NCBI GenBank assembly: GCA_965222075.1
Contig: OZ244937.1
Coordinates: 3,392,001-3,456,000, forward strand
Direction: 5' to 3'
DNA: 64,000 bases
Origin: Candidatus Latescibacterota bacterium
Lineage (GTDB): Bacteria; Latescibacterota; UBA2968; GCA-2709665
Positions within the stretch are counted from its first letter, which is position 1. Each line of letters opens with the position of its first letter. The position numbers and the translations under genes are program-made. Shown here piece by piece: positions 8,746 through 18,310 of the stretch. The notes under the pieces are model-generated. The model saw nothing but the letters and a program-made list of their open reading frames with translations. It was not told where the DNA came from and did not search any database.

Positions 8746-10235
8746 GAGTCAGCCTTTACTTCCTTGTCGTTGCATCCGTCTGTCTCTTATTCGCAGATAT
8801 CGAGATCACGACGCTCGATCCCTGGCAGGAGATCCACCGGGTTGTCCTGGGCTGGGTCACGCCGGACCTGCTCGTACTCTACACCCTCAAAGACGCCCTG
8901 CTCAACACCCTCACCTTTGCGTTTTGCGGCATCACCCTCGGGATCCTGTTCGGCGCCTGTTTCGCCTTCCTTTTTCACATCAACCTCGTCAGACTCTTCT
9001 GCGCTTTCATCAGGGCCATCCACGAAATCCTCTGGGCCTTTATCTTCCTGCCCATCGTTGGATTAAACCCGATCTGCGGCGTCCTGGCCATCGGCGTCCC
9101 CTATGCCGGCGTCTTTGCAAAGGTGTATGCGGAGATCCTGCAGGAAGCCGACCAGAATCCCCTGAAAGGCTTACCGCCCGGTACCCGTTCCATCTCCAGG
9201 TTCATCTATGGAATCTTGCCGGTCACTTACACTGATCTCAAAAACTACACCGCCTACCGGTTCGAATGCGCCCTGCGTTCCAGCGCCATACTGGGCTTCA
9301 TTGGACTGCTCACCCTCGGATTTCACCTGGAAACCGCCTTTCGGGAAGGGCTCTATTCAGAAGCGGCCGCCCTGCTTTACATCTTCTACCTGCTCATTGC
9401 CTCCCTCAAATACTGGCTCAGGCCCAGACTCGTCCCCATATACGTCGGACTCTCCTTCGCCCTCATCTCCAAAGAGACATCCCTGTCGTGGGAGAACATC
9501 ACCCGCTTTCTCACCTACGAAATCCTCCCCTGGCCGATGCGGCGGGAGGGCTTTCTGTCCGGCACCTACGAAATCGCGTTTCCAGCCGGACAGGTCTGGG
9601 AATGGGCGGTCGATATATTCACAAGCGAGGGGCTTGTGGGCGTGTGGAATACGGTCATCCTGACCCAGATTGTTCTGGCGGGCACCGGACTGTTTACGCT
9701 CGTGGGCTTCGCGGCCGTCTGCCGGCACTTCTCGCCTCTCGCCTTTGCCAGGATCTCACACTTCCTCCTCATTATCCTGCGCACCACACCCGAATACATC
9801 CTGGCCTATGCCTTTATCCAGCTCTGGGGACCGTCCATGCTCCCCGCGATCGCCGCCATCGTCCTGCACAACGGCGCAATCCTGTCCTACCTGACCGGCC
9901 AGAACGCCGACCTGGTCAACCTCAGGATAGACGCGTCTGAGAAAAAAACCAATCGCTACTTTTTTGAAGTCCTCCCCCGCATCTACGGACAGTTCCTGGC
10001 CTTTCTGTTCTATCGCTGGGAGGTCATGATGCGAGAATCGGCCATTCTGGGAATTCTGGGCATCTACACGCTGGGATTCTTCATCGACAGCGCCATAGCG
10101 GACGACAAGCTGGACAAGGCCATCTTTCTGATCCTCTTCACCGCGCTGATGACCATGGTCATCGACACCATCTCCCAGAAGATACGCAAAAGGCTGCGGA
10201 TCTCTCCGGGTGCGGTCTTAACCATAAGAGAGTGA
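8739..10235 (+). CDS. ABC transporter permease with duplicated PhnE-like domains
   Basis: multiple TM helices; YRFECALRSSAILG and YRWEVMMRESAILG repeats. Confidence 0.92.
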   Translation: MLRVSLYFLVVASVCLLFADIEITTLDPWQEIHRVVLGWVTPDLLVLYTLKDALLNTLTFAFCGITLGILFGACFAFLFHINLVRLFCAFIRAIHEILWAFIFLPIVGLNPICGVLAIGVPYAGVFAKVYAEILQEADQNPLKGLPPGTRSISRFIYGILPVTYTDLKNYTAYRFECALRSSAILGFIGLLTLGFHLETAFREGLYSEAAALLYIFYLLIASLKYWLRPRLVPIYVGLSFALISKETSLSWENITRFLTYEILPWPMRREGFLSGTYEIAFPAGQVWEWAVDIFTSEGLVGVWNTVILTQIVLAGTGLFTLVGFAAVCRHFSPLAFARISHFLLIILRTTPEYILAYAFIQLWGPSMLPAIAAIVLHNGAILSYLTGQNADLVNLRIDASEKKTNRYFFEVLPRIYGQFLAFLFYRWEVMMRESAILGILGIYTLGFFIDSAIADDKLDKAIFLILFTALMTMVIDTISQKIRKRLRISPGAVLTIRE

Positions 10236-10273
10236 CCCACCCCGTCTTTTGCCCATCGCCCAAATTGCGAGAG

Positions 10274-10296
10274 GCGCATCGCGATGCGCCCCTGGT
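10274..10296. repeat. REP-like palindrome between convergent genes
   Basis: GGCGCATCGCGATGCGCC perfect palindrome. Confidence 0.55.
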
Positions 10297-10330
10297 AAAA
10301 TTCAACATTTCGGAAACGCTTACCCTGAAA

Positions 10331-11416
10331 CTATTCTTCTGCCCCTCTGCCCGCCATCGACAGCGCCATCTTCCCCCCCACCGTACTCGATACCACCCGC
10401 ATCTGGGGATGCTGGTCCAAAACAACCTGCGCCACCCGCCACACCGCCTGCTTCACCCCCCGCGTCGGCCGGGGGCGGCCCATAGGCGAAAGCTTCACCA
10501 GAACCCCCCCATCCGAATGCGGCAGTACCAGCACCCCAAAATGCTGCGTGAGTTCCCCCTCTTTTACCATCACCTCAATCAGCCGGTGCTCACCCTGCGA
10601 ATTCCGGTAGCCCTCCACCAGCTTCACAACCACCCTCACCCCCCGGTGGGTCTCCTGCCAGGTTTGGGACGCGAAAGCATCCAACAGGCGTGTCCGGTCG
10701 TAAGCCCCTTTCAGAATAACGTTCGGCATTGGCCCCACCTTCTCAATAGCCACACCCCGGCGCAGACAGGCCTCCCGACGCCAGACAAAATAGTGGATCG
10801 GCACACCGGCCGCCATCGCCTTTCGCTCGTACCTGGTCGGCGTGCGGCCCGGAAGATCGTGCACCGACGTCGCCGGGAAGCACGAGCGCAGCAGAGGCTG
10901 GCCTTCAAGCACCTTTCCGATCCAGGCGGCGTAGTCTGCGTGGTCAGTCGCAATCGTCACCTCACTCCCCGGTGCAAGCCGTTGTGCAAGCAGCCTGACA
11001 AACCCGGGCTGAATCAACCGGCGCGAATGGTGCCGCTCCTTGGGCCACGGATCCGAGAAGTGAATAAAGACCTGATCGATACCGTCTGGAGCGAAGAGGC
11101 GCTCTAAGACAAAAGCGGCATTGCCCTGAACCAGGCGCATATTGGTCAAAGCGGCCTGATCCAGTCGCTTGAAAATGCGCTGCATCGATCCCCACGACCG
11201 CTCAATTCCCACAAAATTGGACGCCGGGTGTTGTCCCGCTTGCCCGATTAAAAAACCACCGTTGCCAAACCCAATCTCCACCACAAGCGGCCCGGATCGC
11301 CCAAAAGTCGATCCCCAGGCAATGGGCCAGTCCAGCTCAAGCCAGGGCACCATATACCGCCCGATGGCTTCGCTTAAGGGGCGAGCAGACAGCAACGACT
11401 GTTCCGATTGCATCAA
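10331..11416 (-). CDS. trmB: tRNA (guanine-N7)-methyltransferase with long C-terminal extension
   Basis: EIGFGNG, FSDPWPKERH, ATDHADY, TRYERK motifs. Confidence 0.93.
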   Translation of the reverse strand: MMQSEQSLLSARPLSEAIGRYMVPWLELDWPIAWGSTFGRSGPLVVEIGFGNGGFLIGQAGQHPASNFVGIERSWGSMQRIFKRLDQAALTNMRLVQGNAAFVLERLFAPDGIDQVFIHFSDPWPKERHHSRRLIQPGFVRLLAQRLAPGSEVTIATDHADYAAWIGKVLEGQPLLRSCFPATSVHDLPGRTPTRYERKAMAAGVPIHYFVWRREACLRRGVAIEKVGPMPNVILKGAYDRTRLLDAFASQTWQETHRGVRVVVKLVEGYRNSQGEHRLIEVMVKEGELTQHFGVLVLPHSDGGVLVKLSPMGRPRPTRGVKQAVWRVAQVVLDQHPQMRVVSSTVGGKMALSMAGRGAEE

Positions 11417-11452
11417 GATTTCCCTTCAAAACACCCCGGGTTTGGACCATCT

Positions 11453-11481
11453 AACATAGCGTATCTCCCCCGCCCTGTCAA
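11453..11481 (-). promoter_or_regulatory. sigma70 promoter for trmB
   Basis: minus strand TTGACA-17bp-TATGTT. Confidence 0.6.
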
Positions 11482-11484
11482 CAC

Positions 11485-12093
11485 TTATGGCGCCAGCCGC
11501 TCCATCCGCCAGTTCCCACCCTCAACCCGGCGGTAGTGCAGCCGGTCGTTCAGCCGGTCGGGACGGCTCTGGAAGAACTCGATCGTCGTTGGAAAAACCC
11601 GGTATCCCCCCCAGAAGGACGGCCTGGGAACCTCCCGGCCCCGGTACTCTTCCGCCAGCGCCTCAAAGCGTCTCTCCAGCGCCCCCCGATCGGGAATCGC
11701 GCGGCTCTGCGCGGAGGCCCAGGCCCCCAGTTGGCTCCCCCGGTGGCGGTTCCGGAAGTAGGCGTCGGCCTCCGCATCCGGCACCTTCTCCACCTGCCCC
11801 TCAATGCGAACCTGGCGTTCCAAAGGGCTCCACCAGAAGACGAGCGCCGCCCGGGGATTCTCGGCCAGCTCCGCTCCCTTTCGACTCTCTAAATTGGTGT
11901 AAAACAGGAACCCCCGTTCATCCACTTCCTTCAACAGCACCACCCGCGCCGACGGCGCCCCGTCCACCGTCGTCGTCGCCAAAGTCATCCCCTCCGGAAG
12001 GACCGGCACCGCCTCACGCGCCTCTTCAAACCACCGTTTAAACAGCCGGATCGGATCCGGTCCCGCCTCGTCTTCCAGCAACGTCCTTTCCAT
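11485..12093 (-). CDS. pdxH: pyridoxamine 5'-phosphate oxidase
   Basis: ARVVLLK, FYTNLESRKG, RQVRIEG, SQLGAWAS, WGGYR, ERLAP. Confidence 0.96.
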   Translation of the reverse strand: MERTLLEDEAGPDPIRLFKRWFEEAREAVPVLPEGMTLATTTVDGAPSARVVLLKEVDERGFLFYTNLESRKGAELAENPRAALVFWWSPLERQVRIEGQVEKVPDAEADAYFRNRHRGSQLGAWASAQSRAIPDRGALERRFEALAEEYRGREVPRPSFWGGYRVFPTTIEFFQSRPDRLNDRLHYRRVEGGNWRMERLAP

Positions 12094-12105
12094 AACGCCT
12101 CCATT

Positions 12106-12990
12106 TTATGCTTTCTCATACAGTGTAATGCTCACCTGCGTCCCCAAAAAAGGCGCCGAGGGGGGCAGCACGTAGGTCCGCTTCCCCCGAAAGTAGACCC
12201 GCGTGTCCCCCGACCGGATGTGCAGGCTGCCCCGGTACTGCTGACAGATCTGGTTCACAATATAAAGCCCCAGCCCACGTGCAGCGTCCCGGGAAAATTC
12301 CTTCCGCACCGCGTTGGCAATCGCCTGTGCATGCGTCCAACCCGACACGTCAAACCGTTCGGCTAAGCTCTCTCGGATGCCGATGCCCAGGTCGCACACC
12401 CCGATAATCGCAAACTTCCTCCCCAGCTTCTGGTTCAGATACCGCTGTGCCACCAGCACCCCCCGGTCTCCACTGTGATCCAGAATATTGTGACACAGTT
12501 CGGCCACCACATTCTTGAAATCCGTAATCTCCCGCACCGTATACCGCAGCTCCTCGCTCAAGATCGCGCTCACCCGGGCCTCGATCACCCCCAGCACCGA
12601 CTCGATATCCGCCCGCTGCTCAATCCCCATTACCTCTAACAAACTCTCATTGTGCACCGGGGGGCGCCCCGTCTGCGGCATCCGCTCCAGGGTCACGTAC
12701 GCCTTTAAGGCCTCAAACACCCGCATCCGGGTCAGATAGCTCTCGATGCTCGCATCCGCAGGCAGCCTGCAGAAAATATCCCAGTACCGGCCGCCCAGAT
12801 AGCGTCCCAGCAGGCAGAGCATCCCCATCCCGTAGGGGTCCACAAACCCCAGCTCGGACAGGTCCAGCACAATATTGTCCTCGGACCGCCGTTCCATAAA
12901 CGCGTTCAGGTCGGCCAGCACCTCATCACAGGAAACCGCCGAGAGGTTGTCCTGACGAATCGAAAACGTATTGTCGAACACATCGGCCAA
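12106..12990 (-). CDS. STAS-like + HATPase_c (anti-sigma factor/kinase-like) protein
   Basis: LDLSELGFVDP STAS-like N-terminus; ELCHNILDHS (N box), DLGIGI (G1), GLGL (G2). Confidence 0.82.
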   Translation of the reverse strand: MADVFDNTFSIRQDNLSAVSCDEVLADLNAFMERRSEDNIVLDLSELGFVDPYGMGMLCLLGRYLGGRYWDIFCRLPADASIESYLTRMRVFEALKAYVTLERMPQTGRPPVHNESLLEVMGIEQRADIESVLGVIEARVSAILSEELRYTVREITDFKNVVAELCHNILDHSGDRGVLVAQRYLNQKLGRKFAIIGVCDLGIGIRESLAERFDVSGWTHAQAIANAVRKEFSRDAARGLGLYIVNQICQQYRGSLHIRSGDTRVYFRGKRTYVLPPSAPFLGTQVSITLYEKA

Positions 12991-13070
12991 TGCCGTGTGC
13001 TCCCCTTATTGAGAACAACCTTTCGGTAGATGGCCCTGTCGCTCAGTCCCGGGCGGTCTCCGTCATCCGC

Positions 13071-13162
13071 CCCCCATCACTCCCCCCTTGAGGGGGAGTC
13101 GCAGAAGCCGAGCCGGTCCCCTGAGCTTGTCGAAGGGCAGGCGACGGCTGATGCGGTGGGGG
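13071..13162 (+). repeat. intergenic repeat family A, carrying a CCTGAGCTTGTCGAAGGG insert
   Basis: TCACTCCCCCCTTGAGGGGGAGTCGCAGAAGCCGAGCCG...CAGGCGACGGCT matches the reverse complement of 21551-21604. Confidence 0.8.
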
Positions 13163-13239
13163 GTGCTTGTGGTGACTACTGCCATCGCAACAACACAGAC
13201 CCACAACCCCTTCCAGCCCTTCCCATGCCTTCGGCGAGG

Positions 13240-13507
13240 CCTTTTTCTTGCACGCCCAAGAAAAAGGCCCAAAAAGAAAGGCGCCTGCCTGCGCGGCGCA
13301 CCGCGCTGCAGGCAGGCCGCTCAAACGCCGCGGGGGCTGCTTTTCCGCGAATTGCCCCTCTGGTCGATACCTGAGTTTGTGCCCTGCGAGCGCTGGGGAA
13401 TTCACAAGGCGAAGGCGCTGGACGGAACCGCGCGGAAAAGCCCCTTCACCCCCCACCGAACGCGCAGGCAGGCGCGAAGACCGGTGGGGGTTTTAAGACA
13501 GCTTCTT
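13240..13507 (+). repeat. dispersed ~200-260 bp repeat family B, copy 1
   Basis: shares GGGGGCTGCTTTTCCGCGAA...GCGGAAAAGCCCCTTCACCCC blocks with 39340-39530 and 52354-52590 (both inverted). Confidence 0.8.
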
Positions 13508-13514
13508 AAGGTAC

Positions 13515-13546
13515 AAAAAAACGACCGCCCCTTCAAGGGCGGTCGT
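13515..13546 (-). terminator. intrinsic terminator, probably the displaced ssrA terminator
   Basis: ACGACCGCCC-CTTCAA-GGGCGGTCGT stem followed by a T7 tract on the minus strand. Confidence 0.8.
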
Positions 13547-13781
13547 GCAGATGCTCAATCTTTTTCTGGTGGAGGCAGCCACCGACTTTCGCTTTCCAGC
13601 CTCGTCCCGAATCTTCCACGACTAAATCCCCTAAGTAAAAAGGCTTAGTTGTGCAGTGTCGTCTTGACCGATATAGACACTTTCGCTATATTCCCGGAAG
13701 AAATGGGATATAGGGTGGGTCATCGAATGATACCGGAAGACACGGCGAAAGTCGTGAAGGCACTGCACGTGACGATTCGTA

Positions 13782-14729
13782 TTGACGTGGGGAGAGACGA
13801 CATTGGAGTTTGGCGAACTGAAGGACGTGACGCTACGCGAGGTGTGGGGACATGAAGCACACGATTTCACGCCGTGGTTGTTCGCGAACATGGAGCGGCT
13901 TTCGAAGGCGATTGGCCTTTCGATGGAACCGGAGGGCACGGAAGTCGCAGTCGAGCAATTCTCGGCGGATATCGTCGCCCGAAACCCCGCAGATGGCAGC
14001 CTTGTGCTCATCGAAAACCAGTTGGAAGGCTCCGACCACACGCATCTGGGTCAGATTCTTACCTATCTTGCCGGCATGCAGGCGCAGACCGTCATCTGGA
14101 TCGCGCGCGACTTTGATGAGTCGCACCGGTCGGCCATCCGCTGGCTGAACGACCACACAGTAGAACCTTTCGCATTCTTTGCAGTGCGCGTGCGGATTGT
14201 GCGGATTGCCGACTCACCGCTGGTACCGCTGTTCGAGGTTCTGGAGCGTCCCAGCGCGTGGGACCGGAGCGTACGCGCGACCGTTGAGAGTGACACGAGT
14301 GAGCTGACCCAATTCCGACGTGAGTTCTGGACCCACTACGCGAAGCAGTACCCGAATGACGGCGTTTCGGTCGGGTACGAGGCGAGTTCGTTCTGGGTGT
14401 GGATCGAATCAGCGGAACTGAACCTGTCCCTGTACCTGGCGCAGCGCTCCGTGGGCGTATGGGTGCGAGGGAAGAGGGGCGAACCGGCGGAAGCGGTGTG
14501 GGAACGCATCCAGACCTGGGAGCAAAGGCTGCGGGATGAACTTGGGGTGGAGATTGGCGAAGGAACCTCATGGGGCAGTTTCGCCAATAGCCACTACCCC
14601 GCCGATACGAAGGATCGCAGCAATTGGCCCGCCATGGCCGACTGGCTTCACAACAAGATCGCCGATTATCGCCGAGTTCTGGAGAGCACTCCCGCGCCGC
14701 CACCATCGAATGATCCGTCCGACGCATAG
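13782..14729 (+). CDS. PD-(D/E)XK nuclease-like / DUF4268 domain protein
   Basis: LREVWGHEAHDFTPWL, ADI...VLIENQL, DHTHLGQILTYLAG. Confidence 0.85.
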   Translation: MTWGETTLEFGELKDVTLREVWGHEAHDFTPWLFANMERLSKAIGLSMEPEGTEVAVEQFSADIVARNPADGSLVLIENQLEGSDHTHLGQILTYLAGMQAQTVIWIARDFDESHRSAIRWLNDHTVEPFAFFAVRVRIVRIADSPLVPLFEVLERPSAWDRSVRATVESDTSELTQFRREFWTHYAKQYPNDGVSVGYEASSFWVWIESAELNLSLYLAQRSVGVWVRGKRGEPAEAVWERIQTWEQRLRDELGVEIGEGTSWGSFANSHYPADTKDRSNWPAMADWLHNKIADYRRVLESTPAPPPSNDPSDA

Positions 14730-14786
14730 CGCGCGGGGACGCGTACCTGCCAACTCGCGTTGCCGGCAGCATATACCGCGAGCGTG

Positions 14787-14900
14787 GGAAGGCGCACCGT
14801 TGTAACGAGGTTGAAGAATCAGCGGCAGCGGCGATCCCTTCAGCCTGTAGAGGCCGTGAATCTGACGCCAGGTCAGCTTCTGTGTGAAACGGCCACACAT
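14787..14900 (-). pseudogene. SOS response-associated peptidase (SRAP) N-terminal fragment
   Basis: MCGRFT...PRYNGAPS, after which similarity is lost. Confidence 0.75.
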
Positions 14901-14974
14901 CGTCGGGTGCTCTCTGCGTCCTCCGTCTTAGGTTCCTTGTCCTGTCCCCTTCACTCAAAACATCCAAGGGCGCA

Positions 14975-15063
14975 AAACGGACGTCGACTGGTTCCTCAAG
15001 CAGCACTTTCGGAGGAAGATGATCACGCGTATCAGCACGAGCGCCGCAATAAATGCATGACAT
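14975..15063 (-). pseudogene. HNH endonuclease N-terminal fragment
   Basis: SCIYCGARADTRDHLPPKVLL. Confidence 0.6.
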
Positions 15064-15176
15064 GGACGACACATCGCCGAGACGTTCATCAAGAAACAAA
15101 GGTTGGTGACAGGGGTCCACTATTTCTTCAGCGGCAGCATCCGACCTGATTTAAAGAAAAGAAGCTAACTGCCAAC

Positions 15177-15304
15177 TAACAGTAGTTCGTTGGAATCGGT
15201 TTTGGGTGTGATTTCACATCCTTCAACGGCTGATTTTGTCCTATTTTTAAAGATTTAGCAGGATGCCGTAAGGAAGAATTCCTCATGTCAACAAACTACT
15301 GTTA
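15177..15304. mobile_element. MITE-like element
   Basis: TAACAGTAGTTCGTTG ... CAACAAACTACTGTTA inverted repeats (15/16) around a non-coding AT-rich core. Confidence 0.6.
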
Positions 15305-15603
15305 AGTAGTCAGGCAGAAGTAAAAGACTACGCTTGCGCCTTCGACAGCATCTTCTCCAAACGCAGCCAGCGTGAGAGTTTTCGCCGTTACCTGGAGGGG
15401 CTCTTGCTGGGTTGTGAGCGAAACAAGACCCTCATCGGCCTGCCTGCCTGCGCCTGCCTCCTCGGCCGCTGAAGAGCTGTCGTCTCAGGTGACGGAGATG
15501 CATCGTTAGTGGGGAGTTTTCGGCTGAGTCAGGTGCTGAGCGCTCCCGCGCGGCGTTGGAGTGGAACGTGCCTCTCGCATCTAAACACGAAAGGAGATAA
15601 ACA

Positions 15604-16323
15604 GTGACGAAGACCGTCGTAGTTGCGGGGGTCGGTGCCGGCTTAGGCGCCGCACTGGTGCGCAAATTCGCACGGGAGGGGTATCAGGTGGGGATGATGG
15701 CCCGTTCGACCGAATTCATGCAGTCGCTGGCCGACGAGATGGAAGCACAGGGGCATCGAGCGTTGCCGGTGTCCACCGATCTGACCGACCCGGAGCAGGT
15801 CGCGGGCGGTTTTGCCCGGGTTAAAGGGGAGCTGGGGCCGGTGGACGTGTTGATCAACCACGCGGGCAACGCCGCGTGGAAGGACTTCATGGAACTGACT
15901 CTGGAGGATCTGGAGCAGGCGTGGCGGATTTGCGTCGGCGGGTCATTTCTGTGCAGCCAGGCCGTCGTCGGCGACATGGTAGAGCGCGGGGCCGGATCGA
16001 TCCTGTTTACCGGGGCGACGTCGAGTATCCGCGGCCGTGCCGACGGCCTGGCCTTCAGTAGCGCCAAGTTCGCCGTGCGGGGCTTGGCTGAATCGCTGGC
16101 CAGGAAATTCTGGCCCCAGGGCATCCATGTCGCCCACATCATCATCGACGGTTGGCTGGCGACCGAAGCAGTGCGCAAGCAGAATCCGGACGCTGGGGAT
16201 ACGCCGATGCTCGACGTCGACCATGTGGCAGCCTCCTATTGGGCGCTGACCGAACAGGAGCGTGGGGGCTGGTCCTTCGAGATCGAGATGCGGGCCTACA
16301 ACGAGGAGGAATTCTTCGGGTAG
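15604..16323 (+). CDS. SDR family NAD(P)-dependent oxidoreductase
   Basis: GVGAGLG, LINHAG, FTGATSSIRG, FSSAKFAVRG; AAGGAG RBS. Confidence 0.93.
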   Translation: MTKTVVVAGVGAGLGAALVRKFAREGYQVGMMARSTEFMQSLADEMEAQGHRALPVSTDLTDPEQVAGGFARVKGELGPVDVLINHAGNAAWKDFMELTLEDLEQAWRICVGGSFLCSQAVVGDMVERGAGSILFTGATSSIRGRADGLAFSSAKFAVRGLAESLARKFWPQGIHVAHIIIDGWLATEAVRKQNPDAGDTPMLDVDHVAASYWALTEQERGGWSFEIEMRAYNEEEFFG

Positions 16324-16461
16324 CAATTCAAGAAGCCGTCTTATTTTGCCTTCCGGTCAGGCGAACCCGAACGTGACCTGTTGCAAAACAGCCGGGACCT
16401 GCCCGGCTGGGCGGTACCGCTCGCGCGCAGCATCACAAGTGACCAAGCCGTTGCTGTATGA

Positions 16462-16600
16462 GCGGAACGTCTCTATCCAAGGCCATCGGGCTCATCGGCG
16501 GTCCTCAGAAGGCATTGCACCGACCACCTCCACCAGTTCCGCCACCACTGCCACCTCACCCTCGTCGGCGTGCGTCAGGACGATGGGCTCGAACTCGGGA
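16462..16600 (+). repeat. ~140 bp chimeric segment with an AbiEii-like fragment, repeated at 25532-25670
   Basis: near-identical GCGGAACGTC...GGGCTCGAACTCGGG at both sites. Confidence 0.8.
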
Positions 16601-16614
16601 TTGATCGGCTTCAA

Positions 16615-16852
16615 CGTGATCTCCGTGTGCCGCCAGGGCAAGCACCGGAAGGATCGTTACACGATGCTCTGCACGGTCGCACAGAAGACGGTTCAAGACG
16701 ACAGGCGCCAATATCAACCCCGAATATGGCTGTTCCCGGGCGCCAGGCCGGGTGACCGGGCGGTCGGTACAGAAAGCGTTTGACCGGACTTGCAAAAAAG
16801 CCAATATTAACAAGCGGATATCGACACATACGCTGCGGCGCTCCTTTACCAC
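16615..16852 (+). pseudogene. frameshifted tyrosine recombinase C-terminal fragment
   Basis: [25 protein letters not shown]...KRISTHTLRRSF in different frames. Confidence 0.75.
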
Positions 16853-16933
16853 CCCTTTAAAATACACCTTGAAATTCCTGTCTATTCTGGCGATGTTTTC
16901 AAAAATGTTCTTATCACTGACAGGAGGTAGAAA

Positions 16934-17077
16934 GTGAAATTTTTTGTGGATTTATCGGAAAATGAGGCGCAACGTCTTGAAGCGACAGCCAAGCGACTGG
17001 GCGTTCGCCCGGAGGAACTTGCAAAGGCTGCCTTAAGTAACCTTTTAGATTATCCTGAAGAAGATGACGAACCCTAA
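16934..17077 (+). CDS. small DNA-binding/antitoxin-like protein, 47 aa, probably truncated
   Basis: AGGAGG RBS + GTG; MKFFVDLSENEAQRLEATAKRLGVRPEELAKAALSNLL. Confidence 0.6.
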   Translation: MKFFVDLSENEAQRLEATAKRLGVRPEELAKAALSNLLDYPEEDDEP

Positions 17078-17786
17078 ATGGCCACGATTAAGCCTGATGC
17101 TTGAGCAGCTATCCAATCGAGTCTATCGATGGGTCGAAGTGCACGGGGAGGCCCGAGGAGAGCCCTATCGATGGAACAGTTATGCGGTGCATATACCAGA
17201 ACGTGAGGCCCTCGCTTTGATTGATCCTCTCGAGATGGCCGAGGGTGAAGCTTTGGCCCTGGAGAGAATCTGCCGGCCGTCTCACATTATTCTGACTTGC
17301 GAGTATCATCTCAGAGAAGGCGAACAATACCGAAAGCGTTGGGGCTCGACTCTGTTGGCAAATGATGTTGAGCGGGAGAGGTACACCACAGCTCTGGACG
17401 GCTGGTTCAGCGATGGGGACACGCTTCTGGAGACGATCAGATGCGTCCTCGTCCCAGGAGGGTTCTATCCGGAGACGGCACTGCTCGTGCAAGGAGATCC
17501 AGCGGTGCTCATCATCGGCGATATTCTCTCAGGAGCGCGATGTGATGCTGGCATTTCGGATGGCGAGCTTGGTATCGCGTTCCCCGAGTACGTTCCTGAT
17601 CTAAGTTCGATTCGAAGGTCCCTGGAAAGGCTGAACGGCCTGGAGTTCGACGTACTCTGTTTCGGACATGGTGAACCAGTCCGACAACAGCCAAGAAAGA
17701 AGCTCCTGGAGTTGTGGGAGTCGGATGAAGTTTGGTCCAGGCTTGAGGAATTGAAGGAAGAGCGAGGGCCGAAGGAGGCAGAGTAA
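17064..17786 (+). CDS. metallo-beta-lactamase fold protein (cassette gene)
   Basis: ALIDP, IILTCEYHLR, IIGD, LCFGHGEP; start may be ATG 17097. Confidence 0.8.
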   Translation: MTNPKWPRLSLMLEQLSNRVYRWVEVHGEARGEPYRWNSYAVHIPEREALALIDPLEMAEGEALALERICRPSHIILTCEYHLREGEQYRKRWGSTLLANDVERERYTTALDGWFSDGDTLLETIRCVLVPGGFYPETALLVQGDPAVLIIGDILSGARCDAGISDGELGIAFPEYVPDLSSIRRSLERLNGLEFDVLCFGHGEPVRQQPRKKLLELWESDEVWSRLEELKEERGPKEAE

Positions 17787-17829
17787 ATTTGTCCGCCCAT
17801 TGTATTCCGTTTTGGCGGGAGTGGAGAGG

Positions 17830-17861
17830 CCCCAACGCCGTATAACGCGGGAACGTTGGGC
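17830..17861 (+). other. internally deleted attC-like site
   Basis: CCCCAAC...GTTGGGC only 32 bp apart, between two cassette-type genes. Confidence 0.55.
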
Positions 17862-17886
17862 GTAATTGGTAGACTTTTGTGGGACT

Positions 17887-18288
17887 ATGCGCATCCGAGA
17901 ATTTGAGTCATCTGATGCTGAGTGTCTTGTCGAGATCCTGCGACTGAATGGCCAATATTCGAGCGCAGAGGTCGAAGGTCCAGCCGCTATGGAGCGATTC
18001 GCTCAATGCGATGTAGCCCTGTTCCTTGTCGCCGAGGAAGGAGGTCGACCGAAGGGGCTCCTTCGTGCAGTCTATGACGGCTCGAGAGCTATGGTGCACC
18101 TTCTCTCAGTGCATCCCGAATATCATCGTAAGGGAGTCGGTTCAGATCTACTTGTTGCTGCTCAGTCAGAGCTACGGCGTCGTGGCGCTCCTTCACTCAG
18201 TGTGACTGTAACAGAGGAGAGTGCAGATTTCTGGGAGAAACACGGTTTCAGTCGGTTACCGGTATTTCTGATGCTCAAGAAATTCTGA
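17887..18288 (+). CDS. GNAT acetyltransferase (cassette gene)
   Basis: LSVHPEYHRKGVGSDLL motif A; FWEKHGF. Confidence 0.9.
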   Translation: MRIREFESSDAECLVEILRLNGQYSSAEVEGPAAMERFAQCDVALFLVAEEGGRPKGLLRAVYDGSRAMVHLLSVHPEYHRKGVGSDLLVAAQSELRRRGAPSLSVTVTEESADFWEKHGFSRLPVFLMLKKF

Positions 18289-18310
18289 CCATACTGAGTC
18301 TACCAACACC

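Noticed and set aside
10331-10730. TrmB C-terminal extension as a novel fusion
   Set aside because: Long C-terminal regions are already known in some TrmB proteins (e.g. Aquifex type)
10232-11107. 291-aa His/Pro-rich + strand ORF
   Set aside because: Antisense to trmB
13030-13648. Several overlapping short ORFs
   Set aside because: They lie wholly on non-coding repeats A and B
16615-16852. Integron integrase for the neighbouring cassettes
   Set aside because: Short frameshifted fragment with no visible IntI-specific insertion and no attI
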